56,662 nucleotides of DNA from Nanobdellota archaeon (GTDB taxonomy: Archaea; Nanobdellota; Nanobdellia; Woesearchaeales; CG1-02-33-12), in NCBI GenBank assembly GCA_018819345.1, contig JAHJQG010000040.1, positions 1 to 56,662 on the forward strand. Direction: 5' to 3'. Of this stretch, positions 48,593 to 56,662 are shown piece after piece. The position numbers were made by a program, and so were the translations under genes. Position 1 is the first letter of the stretch. Each line of letters opens with the position of its first letter. Below the pieces are notes generated by a model that was given only the letters and a program-made list of their open reading frames with translations, had not been told where the DNA came from and did not search any database.

Positions 48593-49013
48593 ACTTCTTC
48601 ATAAACTTTTTTACTTCTTTAACAGATTTTTTTACTTCTTTAATTATCTTATCTGTAGCCATATTTTCCCTTGCATAATCCATTATGGGCTTGACAGAGC
48701 TGATTCCTCTGCCGAATCTTTCCATCCATTTGTGTCTTGGAAATATCTAGACATGGAAGTTATACTCTGTGTCTTCGTTCTGAAAAAAGTAAACATCTTC
48801 AATACCTAAAACATCTTTCATTCCTTTCCTTACCTCGCGGAGAAGCATTATAAATTCAATGGTTTCATCATCATTAAACTCAGAAATAGAGCACATCTTT
48901 CTTTTTGGTGATAAAATAAAGAAACCTGTTATTGGAAATTTCCAGTCCTGACTAACCTCAAAGTTCCTAGTGATTATTACTGAATCATTTGGAAATAAGA
49001 TTTTATTTTTCAT
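48582..49013 (-). pseudogene. HIT-family hydrolase interrupted by an in-frame TAG (48747-48749)
   Basis: YNFHV*IFPRHKWMERFG...KKFNP*; the frame stays open for 54 more codons after the TAG, which probably derives from TGG. Confidence 0.78.
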
Positions 49014-49019
49014 TTAAGG

Positions 49020-49679
49020 TTATATTTCTATTATTTTTCCCTTTCTGCCGACATTTATAACCCTTGTTTTTCCTATCTTTTCCTCAATTCCTTCTGCCTC
49101 ATGAACATGCGAGCAGAGAAGGATGTCTGGCTTAAAACTGTCTATCGCCTTTTTAACACCTTTTGAGCCTGGAAATATTTTAGTGAATTTCTCCATCTTT
49201 GTTCCAGAAGGATGAACATGTGTTATCATTATTTTCTTGTCTAAATATTTTATTTTATCAAATCCTTTTTTTAATAAACTGAATATTTCTTTTTCCCCAA
49301 GCTGAAACAACCCAATGTTAGCTCCGCCGCAGCCAAAAAGGCCAACATCTTTGTATTTAACAGAATAGCCATGTAAATTCTTTGCCCCGTAAAGCTCTGC
49401 CAAAAAATCAGCTGTTGCAACAGTTTCATGGTTTCCTGGAATAAGAATTACCTTTTTTTTCCTCTTAACAAAAGGGCCTATAATGTTTGAAGTGTCTTTT
49501 TCTCCCAGTGTTAAGTCGCCGCAAAGTATTACCAAGTCAACCTTTTCTTTTTTTGCCTTTTCAGCAAGCTTTTCTGCAAGGCCTGTGTCGCCGTGTATGT
49601 CCCCGGAAGCAAGTATTCTTAATCTTGATTTTTTGGGTTTTGTTTTGGCCTTCTCTATTGATTTTTTCTTTTTTTCCAT
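49020..49679 (-). CDS. Calcineurin-like metallophosphoesterase
   Basis: DIHG, GD, GNHE, THVHP, SHVHE. Confidence 0.9.
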   Translation of the reverse strand: MEKKKKSIEKAKTKPKKSRLRILASGDIHGDTGLAEKLAEKAKKEKVDLVILCGDLTLGEKDTSNIIGPFVKRKKKVILIPGNHETVATADFLAELYGAKNLHGYSVKYKDVGLFGCGGANIGLFQLGEKEIFSLLKKGFDKIKYLDKKIMITHVHPSGTKMEKFTKIFPGSKGVKKAIDSFKPDILLCSHVHEAEGIEEKIGKTRVINVGRKGKIIEI

Positions 49680-49682
49680 ATT

Positions 49683-50255
49683 TTATCTCTTTATTATCTC
49701 AGGTTTCTCTTTTGTCAAATCAATGATTTTAGATGGCCTGCCCTTCTTTGTTCCCACATAAACAATAAAGTCAACCTTGCTTTTTATTTTTGGATTAAGG
49801 TCATCAATAGATGTCATAAAGTCCTCTCCAGCAATGTTTGCACTTGTAGTTACAAAGGGAACACCTGCTTTTTCAACAAGAGCAGTAAACCAGTGCTTTG
49901 GAATTCTAACTCCTAAAGTATCCCATGCATTGTTAACTGTTTTTGAAACAGCTTTTTTGTTCTTAAGCTTTAGTATCAAGGTATATCTTCCGGGAAGTTT
50001 GTTGATCCATTTCTCAATATTTTTTGTAATAACACAATTATCATAAATCCACTGTTTTGATGGTGCTATGACTAAGAAAGGCATTGTTTGCCTTTTTTTC
50101 ATCTTTCTTATCTTATTAACAGCCTTTGAATCAAGGGCATTACATCCTATTCCATAGATAGTGTCTGTTGGATGTACAATTATTGATCCATTCCTTATCT
50201 TTCTCACTGCATCTTCCTTTCTCAGCAAGACTTCTTCTTTTATGTAGATTCTCAT
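49683..50255 (-). CDS. tsaC: Threonylcarbamoyl-AMP synthase (TsaC/YrdC domain only)
   Basis: PTDTIYGIGC, KKR, GVRIP, TTSAN. Confidence 0.92.
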   Translation of the reverse strand: MRIYIKEEVLLRKEDAVRKIRNGSIIVHPTDTIYGIGCNALDSKAVNKIRKMKKRQTMPFLVIAPSKQWIYDNCVITKNIEKWINKLPGRYTLILKLKNKKAVSKTVNNAWDTLGVRIPKHWFTALVEKAGVPFVTTSANIAGEDFMTSIDDLNPKIKSKVDFIVYVGTKKGRPSKIIDLTKEKPEIIKR

Positions 50256-50315
50256 AATCAGGTGGTAGTAACTCCTCTTTAAATATTTTATTAAAGTGGA
50301 TAATATAAGTTAGAA

Positions 50316-50339
50316 TAAAAACCCCCTCAAAGAGGGGGC
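50316..50339 (-). terminator. GC hairpin followed by a U-tract (CCCCCTC-TTT-GAGGGGG-TTTTT)
   Basis: Immediately downstream of the 50354-50491 small ORF. Confidence 0.6.
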
Positions 50340-50353
50340 AGAGGTGTTTGGAT

Positions 50354-50491
50354 TTAAAGGTTCTTTATGCTTTGCTTGTAAACGCCCTGTTGCCAGTAAA
50401 AATACTCCAGAAAGTCAATTTTTACCTTGTAATCATTCCATTCTACAAATTTTGTCTTAAACAGTTTTTTAAATAAATTGAATTTAATCAC
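50354..50491 (-). CDS. Possible 45-aa microprotein
   Basis: GGAGGTGA overlapping a GTG start; MIKFNLFKKLFKTKFVEWNDYKVKIDFLEYFYWQQGVYKQSIKNL*. Confidence 0.4.
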   Translation of the reverse strand: MIKFNLFKKLFKTKFVEWNDYKVKIDFLEYFYWQQGVYKQSIKNL

Positions 50492-50508
50492 CTCCAAATT
50501 TAAATTTT

Positions 50509-50607
50509 CTAGTTAAAAACCTGCACTAGTTTGTCTGTGTTGAAAGTCAGGTTTTTTATCTGCTGAAAAAATATGTTTTCAATTGTTTTTATGCTTAAAT
50601 CATTCAT
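50509..50607 (-). CDS. Possible 32-aa microprotein
   Basis: GAGGTGA RBS; MNDLSIKTIENIFFQQIKNLTFNTDKLVQVFN*. Confidence 0.45.
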   Translation of the reverse strand: MNDLSIKTIENIFFQQIKNLTFNTDKLVQVFN

Positions 50608-50782
50608 TTTTTATCACCTCTGGCAATAAGAATATCTGTTTTGTTTAAATACCTCATCCAGACAGTTGTCCAGTGTCCAGTGGATATTGAAATGCCTGTA
50701 TGTGAAGAAATCATTTGTTTCAAGGCCTGCATGCATTGGACAAAAGGTTAAATTAAAATACTGGTATTTATTTTAGTTAGCT

Positions 50783-51055
50783 ATGAAAAGGGTTCATATT
50801 ATTATATCTGGCTATGTGCAGGGTGTTTGCTTCAGGTATTTCACAAAGATTGAGGCCAGGAGGTTAGGACTTAAAGGCTTTGTGAAAAACCTGCCTAATG
50901 GAGATGTAGAGGTTGTTGCAGAGGGCAATGAGAAAGAGCTTAATGAACTGATTGATTTCTGCAGAAAGGGCCCTATGTTCTCGTGTGTTGCTAATCTTAA
51001 ACTTGAATATGGGGAATTTAAAGGAGAGTTTGATGATTTTACATTTAAATCCTAG
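50783..51055 (+). CDS. acyP: Acylphosphatase
   Basis: GYVQGVCFR, GFVKNLPNGDVE. Confidence 0.93.
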   Translation: MKRVHIIISGYVQGVCFRYFTKIEARRLGLKGFVKNLPNGDVEVVAEGNEKELNELIDFCRKGPMFSCVANLKLEYGEFKGEFDDFTFKS

Positions 51056-52125
51056 AAATCAGTAATCTTTTTTGTTATATCCTTATAGTTTATTACTGTT
51101 GTTTTTCCTTCCTTTCCGCCGGTTATCTTCTCAGTTGATATAAATTTATCCTTATCCAGCTTTGCTATCTTTCTCTGAAAGGTTTTATAGACAGCCTTGC
51201 CACCTGCTGCTTGATATTCCTTGTAGATTTCACCTATCTTTTTCCCAGAATTCTTTTTTATTATATCCAGGATAAACTTCTTGTCTTCCTCTAATTCAGA
51301 GCTTTTCTTTGTGCTGAATTCTGTGAGTTTTTCAATTGCTTTTTTAACATCATCTACTGTTATTTTTCTTGAAGAGCGGTCTTCTGCACTATTGCCTGCC
51401 TCTTTTAGTATGAATAATCCTGACCTTATATCCCCTAAGCTGAATGTTTCATTAACCGCAAACTCAACTGCATCTTCATCCCAAACACTTTCTACAAATG
51501 CATAATTTATTCTTTCCTTTAGTATGCCCCTTGTTTCTTCTTGGTTGTAAGGCCTGAACTCAAGCATCTCTGGAGTTAGTCTTGATTTTATTCTGCCATC
51601 AAGCTCACTAATCCAGCTGCCACTATTTGTTATTAAAAAGATTGATTTCCTGTAAATTTCTTCTAAGATCATGTATAAAAAGTCAAAGTCTTCTAGCTTG
51701 TCTGATTCATCAAATACAAAAACAGCTGACTTCTTGTTGAGCATTGATTTGACAATGCTGAAAAGCTCATCTGTCTTCTTGTTGTGCGTCAGCTTATAGC
51801 CAATGATACTGCATATCTCGATCAGGATTTTAAAGCTAGTGTTTTTCTGCCAGCAGTTTATGTAGATTGGGATTATCTCATCTGATTCCTGCTCTAAATC
51901 TTGTAAAACATGCCTGCATGCAACTGTTTTTCCAATGCCTGGTCTGCCATATATGAAAAGATTCCTTCCATTCCTTCTCTGCAACAAAGGCTTTATGCAT
52001 GAGGCCATCTGCTGCTGCTCACCCTCGCGGTATTTAATCAGCTTTGGCATGTAGTCATAATCCAGGGCAACAGAATTCTTAAAAAGTGTTTCATCAGATT
52101 TCAGCATGTCTTTGAATAAGGCCAT
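51052..52125 (-). CDS. cdc6: Orc1/Cdc6 replication initiator family protein
   Basis: LDYDYMP...REGEQ, GRPGIGKT, YINC, FDESD, RIKSRL, GDIR, C-terminal wH. Confidence 0.88.
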   Translation of the reverse strand: MALFKDMLKSDETLFKNSVALDYDYMPKLIKYREGEQQQMASCIKPLLQRRNGRNLFIYGRPGIGKTVACRHVLQDLEQESDEIIPIYINCWQKNTSFKILIEICSIIGYKLTHNKKTDELFSIVKSMLNKKSAVFVFDESDKLEDFDFLYMILEEIYRKSIFLITNSGSWISELDGRIKSRLTPEMLEFRPYNQEETRGILKERINYAFVESVWDEDAVEFAVNETFSLGDIRSGLFILKEAGNSAEDRSSRKITVDDVKKAIEKLTEFSTKKSSELEEDKKFILDIIKKNSGKKIGEIYKEYQAAGGKAVYKTFQRKIAKLDKDKFISTEKITGGKEGKTTVINYKDITKKITDF

Positions 52126-52167
52126 AAAACAAAATAAAAGAAAGAGATTTATATAGTTTTTGATTAG

Positions 52168-53448
52168 TTATTCTTTTTCTATCTTGGTTATTCCATTCAT
52201 GTATGGAACAAGAACTTTTGGAATTGTTAGTGAGCTGTCCTTGTTCTGGTAGTTCTCAAGTATTGCCCTGAAGGCCCTTGAGGTTGCAATTGCAGTGTTG
52301 TTTAAGGTATGAATAAATTCTCTTTCTCCATTCTTTTTTTCATACTTTATATTAAGCCGTGTTGCCTGGTATGCTGTGCAGTTTGAGTTAGAGCCGACCT
52401 CAAAATACTTTTTTTCTCTTGGTGACCATGCCTCTAAGTCATATTTCTTTGCTGCAATAATTCCAATATCTCCTGTGCACACATTCACAACCCTAAAAGG
52501 AATCTTTAATCCCTTGTAAATATCCTCTGCATTTTTCTGGATTTCCTCATGGAATTTCCAGCTCTGCTCTGGCCTGCAGAATATGAACTGCTCTATCTTG
52601 CTGAACTGGTGAACCCTAAAAGTGCCTCTTGTATCGATTCCATGCGAGCCAATTTCCTTTCTGAAGCATGCAGATAATCCGCAGAATTTTATTGGAAGCT
52701 CTTGTTCCTTTAAAACCTCATTCATGAACATTGCTCCCATTGGATGCTCTGCTGTTGCAATAAGATAAAGGTCTTCATTTTCTATTTTATACATAACATT
52801 TTCAAAATCAGCAAGCGATGTTACTCCTTCGTATGCCTTCCGGTTCATCAGGAAAGGGGGCTCAATAAGAGTATAGCCTCTTTTAACAAGCAGGTCAATT
52901 GCAAAGCGTTGCAAAGCAAGGTCTAATAAAGCTATTTTTCCTTTTAGGTAATAGAAACCAGTGCCTGCTATTTTTGCAGCTCTGCTAAAATCACCACCAT
53001 TAAGATGCTCTATCATTTCTCCGTGTGATTTTAACTTGAAATCAAATTTCTTTTTTTTGCCAACCTCATTTACAACAATATTATCAGTATCATCTTTTCC
53101 AAAAGGAACTGACTCATGCAGGATGTTTGGAATCCTCATTAGGTAATAGGTTATTTTTTCTTTTAGCTCTTTTTGTTTTTCTTCTATCTTCTTTATCTTG
53201 GATGGCAATTCCTTTATTTCCTTTATTTTTGCAGAAATATCCTTTCCTTGCTTCTTAAGCTTGTTTATCTCTTCTGTAACCTTATTTCTTTTTGCCCTCA
53301 GGGCCTGTGATTTCTGAAGTGATTTCCTGTATTCCTCATCCTTCTTTAGCAGGTCATCTACCCATGCAATCATTTCTTTCTCATGCCTTTTTTTCAGGTC
53401 TTTCTTAACCATATCTGGATTTTCCCTGATAAATTTTATTCCGAGCAT
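52168..53448 (-). CDS. serS: Serine--tRNA ligase
   Basis: N-terminal coiled coil, LIATAEHP, FRKEIG, FRVHQF, HTLNNT. Confidence 0.96.
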   Translation of the reverse strand: MLGIKFIRENPDMVKKDLKKRHEKEMIAWVDDLLKKDEEYRKSLQKSQALRAKRNKVTEEINKLKKQGKDISAKIKEIKELPSKIKKIEEKQKELKEKITYYLMRIPNILHESVPFGKDDTDNIVVNEVGKKKKFDFKLKSHGEMIEHLNGGDFSRAAKIAGTGFYYLKGKIALLDLALQRFAIDLLVKRGYTLIEPPFLMNRKAYEGVTSLADFENVMYKIENEDLYLIATAEHPMGAMFMNEVLKEQELPIKFCGLSACFRKEIGSHGIDTRGTFRVHQFSKIEQFIFCRPEQSWKFHEEIQKNAEDIYKGLKIPFRVVNVCTGDIGIIAAKKYDLEAWSPREKKYFEVGSNSNCTAYQATRLNIKYEKKNGEREFIHTLNNTAIATSRAFRAILENYQNKDSSLTIPKVLVPYMNGITKIEKE

Positions 53449-53534
53449 TTATACACCTTATAAGTTTGTTTAAAGAGATTAATCTATTGAATATTTATTA
53501 ATGTTTTGTTTTTAAAGCATAATCAAGAATACAA

Positions 53535-55361
53535 TTACAACATTAATTTAATTTTCTCGCCTGTGTTTATTGCATCAACAAGTATTCTTGCTATCTTATT
53601 GTTCTTCTTTATCTTTATAAGGCCGGTCTTGCCTGACTTTGCTGTTAAGAGGTAATCATCATTGACATATATGTCTATGTTCTTATCCTTGAACCCCATA
53701 TCAAGATAAAAAACAATGTTTTTCTTTTTTATCTCTGTGTTAAAGTTTATGTTTTGGCCTTGTGTTTTCTTATCAAGCTCTTTAATGTCTATGCTCATTC
53801 CAAGCCTTTTTTCAATCTCATCAATATTCTTGCCCTGCCTACCTATAATCTTAGCAATATTGGTTTCAGGAACATATACAATGCATTTATTCTCTGATAC
53901 AACATCTACTTCAACATCTTCAGAATAATGCCTGAATGCCTGTTTTATTGTTTTTTCAGCAAGCTTGTCTGCAGGTGTTTTATAGTCAGATATAACTGGA
54001 ACAACAACTGTTTCCTCGCCATAAGAATAAAGCTCATATTCTAATTTATTTGTCTCAAAGTCATTCACAATAACAACAGGCCTTGCTAAATCAGCTTCTG
54101 TCATTCCTGTCGGCACTTTAACAACCATTTTCAGGCTTAAGACTTCATCAACAAAACCATTTTTTATGAATATTACAGTATCTATGACCTGAGGTATAAC
54201 ACCTAATTCAATCCTTCCAACAAAGCGCTGGATTGCATCTATTGGATTTGTTGCATGGACAACTCCTGCCAAGCCAATTCCAGATAATCTTAAGTCAGCA
54301 AAAAGCTGGAAATCAGAGGTGTTTCTCATCTCATCAAAGATTGTGTAGTCTGGCCTTGACAAAAGCAGGACATCATGGATTTCCTGGGCACTTCCGTGAG
54401 AAATTGCATACTGTGTTATATTATCTGACAACACTAAATCACGGGGCGCTTCTATTGTTTTCACAATCTTGTCCTTTTCTGAATAGAATTTGGCTAAAGC
54501 CTGTGCAAAGGTTGATTTTCCCATGCCAGGAGAGCCAGCAATTAAAATTCCCTCTGCCTGCTCTGCAATTCTTTGCTTTAATTTTTCAGATAATTTATAA
54601 TCTTCTAATAAAAGTGTTTTAACTGGCCTTACAGCTGTTATTTCCCAGCCATCTGAAAATGGGGGCTTTGTTATAACAATCCTGAACTTTCCAATCTGGG
54701 CTATTGTTGAGCCAGCTCTTTCTATCTCTATAAAAGCATCTCTTGCTATTGTTGATTCCTCAATTATTTCCCTGCTTATGTCTTTTATATCTTCTCTTGT
54801 GAGTTCTGTTTTTTCAACAGCAACAAATTTCCATTTTCCAGGAGTGCCTTTTTTTGCATATGGAACAACATTTTCCCTAAGATGAACACTCATTGTTGTT
54901 TCATCAAAGAACTTCTCAAGCTTTAGTTTTTTGAAAAGCTTTTTTATCTCAATAAAAATAGTTTGAATGTCTTTTGCCTCTGCAACCCTTGCCTGTGTTT
55001 TGTCAGATGTCATTAAGCTTGCATTCTCATTATAAGCAAGCTCTCTTATCAATGAATCAATCTCGCCAAGGCGTGCATATTTTATTTCGTAAGCATTCGG
55101 TCTTTTTCCAGCAAACTCAAGACTAAACCCAAGTTTTTTTGAAAGCTCTCTTATTTTGTTTAGTTCTTCAAGGCCAATAACTCCCGTTTCTTTATTTTGA
55201 TTTGCCTGATGCTCAAGCTCTGCAAGAACTGCCTCGTGTATAATAATAGATTTTGTAATTATCTCTTTTTTTTCTATCTTTGAAGATACAAGGCCCTCTA
55301 TTATAACAGAAGTGTCAGGAACAAGTTTTTCAATATTAATTGCTTTTTTCTTCATATTCAT
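53535..55361 (-). CDS. PINA: PIN domain + VirB11-like ATPase + KH domain
   Basis: VPDTSVII, GSPGMGKST, RPDYTIFDEMR, IIGRQG. Confidence 0.92.
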   Translation of the reverse strand: MNMKKKAINIEKLVPDTSVIIEGLVSSKIEKKEIITKSIIIHEAVLAELEHQANQNKETGVIGLEELNKIRELSKKLGFSLEFAGKRPNAYEIKYARLGEIDSLIRELAYNENASLMTSDKTQARVAEAKDIQTIFIEIKKLFKKLKLEKFFDETTMSVHLRENVVPYAKKGTPGKWKFVAVEKTELTREDIKDISREIIEESTIARDAFIEIERAGSTIAQIGKFRIVITKPPFSDGWEITAVRPVKTLLLEDYKLSEKLKQRIAEQAEGILIAGSPGMGKSTFAQALAKFYSEKDKIVKTIEAPRDLVLSDNITQYAISHGSAQEIHDVLLLSRPDYTIFDEMRNTSDFQLFADLRLSGIGLAGVVHATNPIDAIQRFVGRIELGVIPQVIDTVIFIKNGFVDEVLSLKMVVKVPTGMTEADLARPVVIVNDFETNKLEYELYSYGEETVVVPVISDYKTPADKLAEKTIKQAFRHYSEDVEVDVVSENKCIVYVPETNIAKIIGRQGKNIDEIEKRLGMSIDIKELDKKTQGQNINFNTEIKKKNIVFYLDMGFKDKNIDIYVNDDYLLTAKSGKTGLIKIKKNNKIARILVDAINTGEKIKLML

Positions 55362-55455
55362 AATAAGAACAAGTCTGATTTATTTAAAGGTTTTGTTAAT
55401 TAAAAGAAGGGATTATCATATGTTTTTTATTATTTACTCATGTAAGTTATATCCT

Positions 55456-55662
55456 TCAACCCTTGCTTATTTCAAACACAACTTTTACTATTGCAGCTAT
55501 TGAAAAGAACATAACAATAAGATTTTCTATTCCATTGGGCATGCCAAGGTCAAATATCAAAGTTCCTTTCTTAAACTGGGCATAGCTTACAAAAAAGACA
55601 GCTACAAATACCAGTAGCAAAACAACTAAGGTCCTTATGGTTCTTTTTCTATAATGGTTCAT
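55456..55662 (-). CDS. Small 2-TM membrane protein
   Basis: GAGGT RBS before ATG 55662; two hydrophobic segments. Confidence 0.65.
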   Translation of the reverse strand: MNHYRKRTIRTLVVLLLVFVAVFFVSYAQFKKGTLIFDLGMPNGIENLIVMFFSIAAIVKVVFEISKG

Positions 55663-55672
55663 TTTCCAAACC

Positions 55673-56659
55673 TCATTTAAGGTAAATATTGTGCTGCTTC
55701 CTCCAGTGAAACATAAAATCATCCTCTGTGTCTTCTATTGAGTCCTTGACAAATTCAGTTATCTCAGCTATTTTTGAGCTCATCTCATCTGCATAATAAA
55801 TAACAACTGCCTCTGGGAACATTGGCTGTTTAGGTGAACCATATTCTGTTTTTCCATGATGGCTGACTATTATGTGAAGCAGTTTATTTTTTAAATTACT
55901 GCCAAGGCCAAGCTTATCCATTTTATTTGAAACAAAGATAGAGCTTAGGACAATATGGCCAACCAGCTGTCCTGAATCAGAGCCCTTAATACGTGAGGTC
56001 ATCTCAAGCTCATCTAGTTTTCCTATGTCATGCAACAATGCTCCTGCAATCAGCAAATCCTTGTCTAAAACAGGGAATAAATCAAAGCTTAAAAGAGAAT
56101 ATTTTAAGACCTCTAAAGTATGCTCCAATAATCCACCTATCCAGTTATGGTGTATTTCAATTGCGCCTGGATGCATCTTAAACTTTGCTTCCATAGCAGG
56201 CTCATTAAATACATCTTCCAGTAATTTTTTTATATCTGGATTTTTAACCTCATCAATAGCTTCCCTTAATTCAGAATACATATCATCAACATTTTTTCTT
56301 GCTGGCTTGATGAAATCAGTTTTGTCATACTCATCTTCTTTTAATGGCTCAATTATAAATGGCTCATTGGTTGTTAGCTGAAGTTTTCCACTATAAACAG
56401 AAACCTTTCCCTGCACATGAACAACAGAATCTGCTTTTATTGAGTTATAAAGTGCTCTGACTTTTTTCTCATCCTGGCTTCCCCAATACCTGTAATCAAG
56501 GGTTTTTCCGCTACTATCTGATAAAATAAGCTGAAAAAAGAACCCCTTGGCATAGGATGACATTGCTTTCTTTATCTTTACAACAAAGACATCATCTACT
56601 TTATCCCCGTCATTTAATGCTGAAACTGGCTGTTTCTTTTTATATTTAATATACAACAC
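55673..56659 (-). CDS. YhaM/Cbf1-like 3'-5' exoribonuclease (OB + HD); start is at the window edge
   Basis: OB fold, HHNWIGGLLEHT, LLHDIGK, SHHG...YGSP. Confidence 0.9.
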   Translation of the reverse strand: MLYIKYKKKQPVSALNDGDKVDDVFVVKIKKAMSSYAKGFFFQLILSDSSGKTLDYRYWGSQDEKKVRALYNSIKADSVVHVQGKVSVYSGKLQLTTNEPFIIEPLKEDEYDKTDFIKPARKNVDDMYSELREAIDEVKNPDIKKLLEDVFNEPAMEAKFKMHPGAIEIHHNWIGGLLEHTLEVLKYSLLSFDLFPVLDKDLLIAGALLHDIGKLDELEMTSRIKGSDSGQLVGHIVLSSIFVSNKMDKLGLGSNLKNKLLHIIVSHHGKTEYGSPKQPMFPEAVVIYYADEMSSKIAEITEFVKDSIEDTEDDFMFHWRKQHNIYLK

Positions 56660-56662
56660 CCC

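Noticed and set aside
13611..48749. Amber recoding (pyrrolysine or an alternative code) suggested by two in-frame TAGs
   Set aside because: The two TAGs appear to replace different residues (likely Glu and Trp), and TAG ends intact genes such as cdc6 and acyP at the expected positions.
264..56381. Numerous short antisense or overlapping ORFs in the six-frame track (for example 4375-4785, 24006-24314, 43815-44066, 54233-54622)
   Set aside because: They are shadows of well-supported genes or tRNAs, with no RBS or recognisable motifs.

Overview
This is an AT-rich archaeal chromosome segment (GatDE, TBP, Cdc6/Orc1, Elp3, PINA, OapABC, archease/RtcB). Its gene content and compactness suggest a DPANN lineage such as Woesearchaeota (inference). 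Most of the window is housekeeping. The strongest unexpected signal is a 30-nt insertion with two in-frame TAA stops inside porA (42763-42792, minus strand), directly after the conserved YPITP motif. It folds into a bulge-helix-bulge-type splice motif, and cutting at the canonical bulge positions restores YPITPQ-THIVE, so it is a candidate mRNA intron. The window also holds a tRNA-Arg(CCU) with a 90-nt T-loop intron that shares the TGGTT/AACCA stem core, plus the archease-RtcB ligase operon about 4 kb from porA. A second unusual region is an accessory island (about 8.6-19 kb) of Schlafen/AlbA_2-HATPase genes and nucleotidyltransferase TA-like pairs. These are separated by three families of modular repeats, and stacked orphan C-terminal gene tails follow the Schlafen genes. 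Two nonsense pseudogenes, a P-type ATPase remnant and several unannotated small ORFs were also found. All calls come from reading the sequence; no searches were run.
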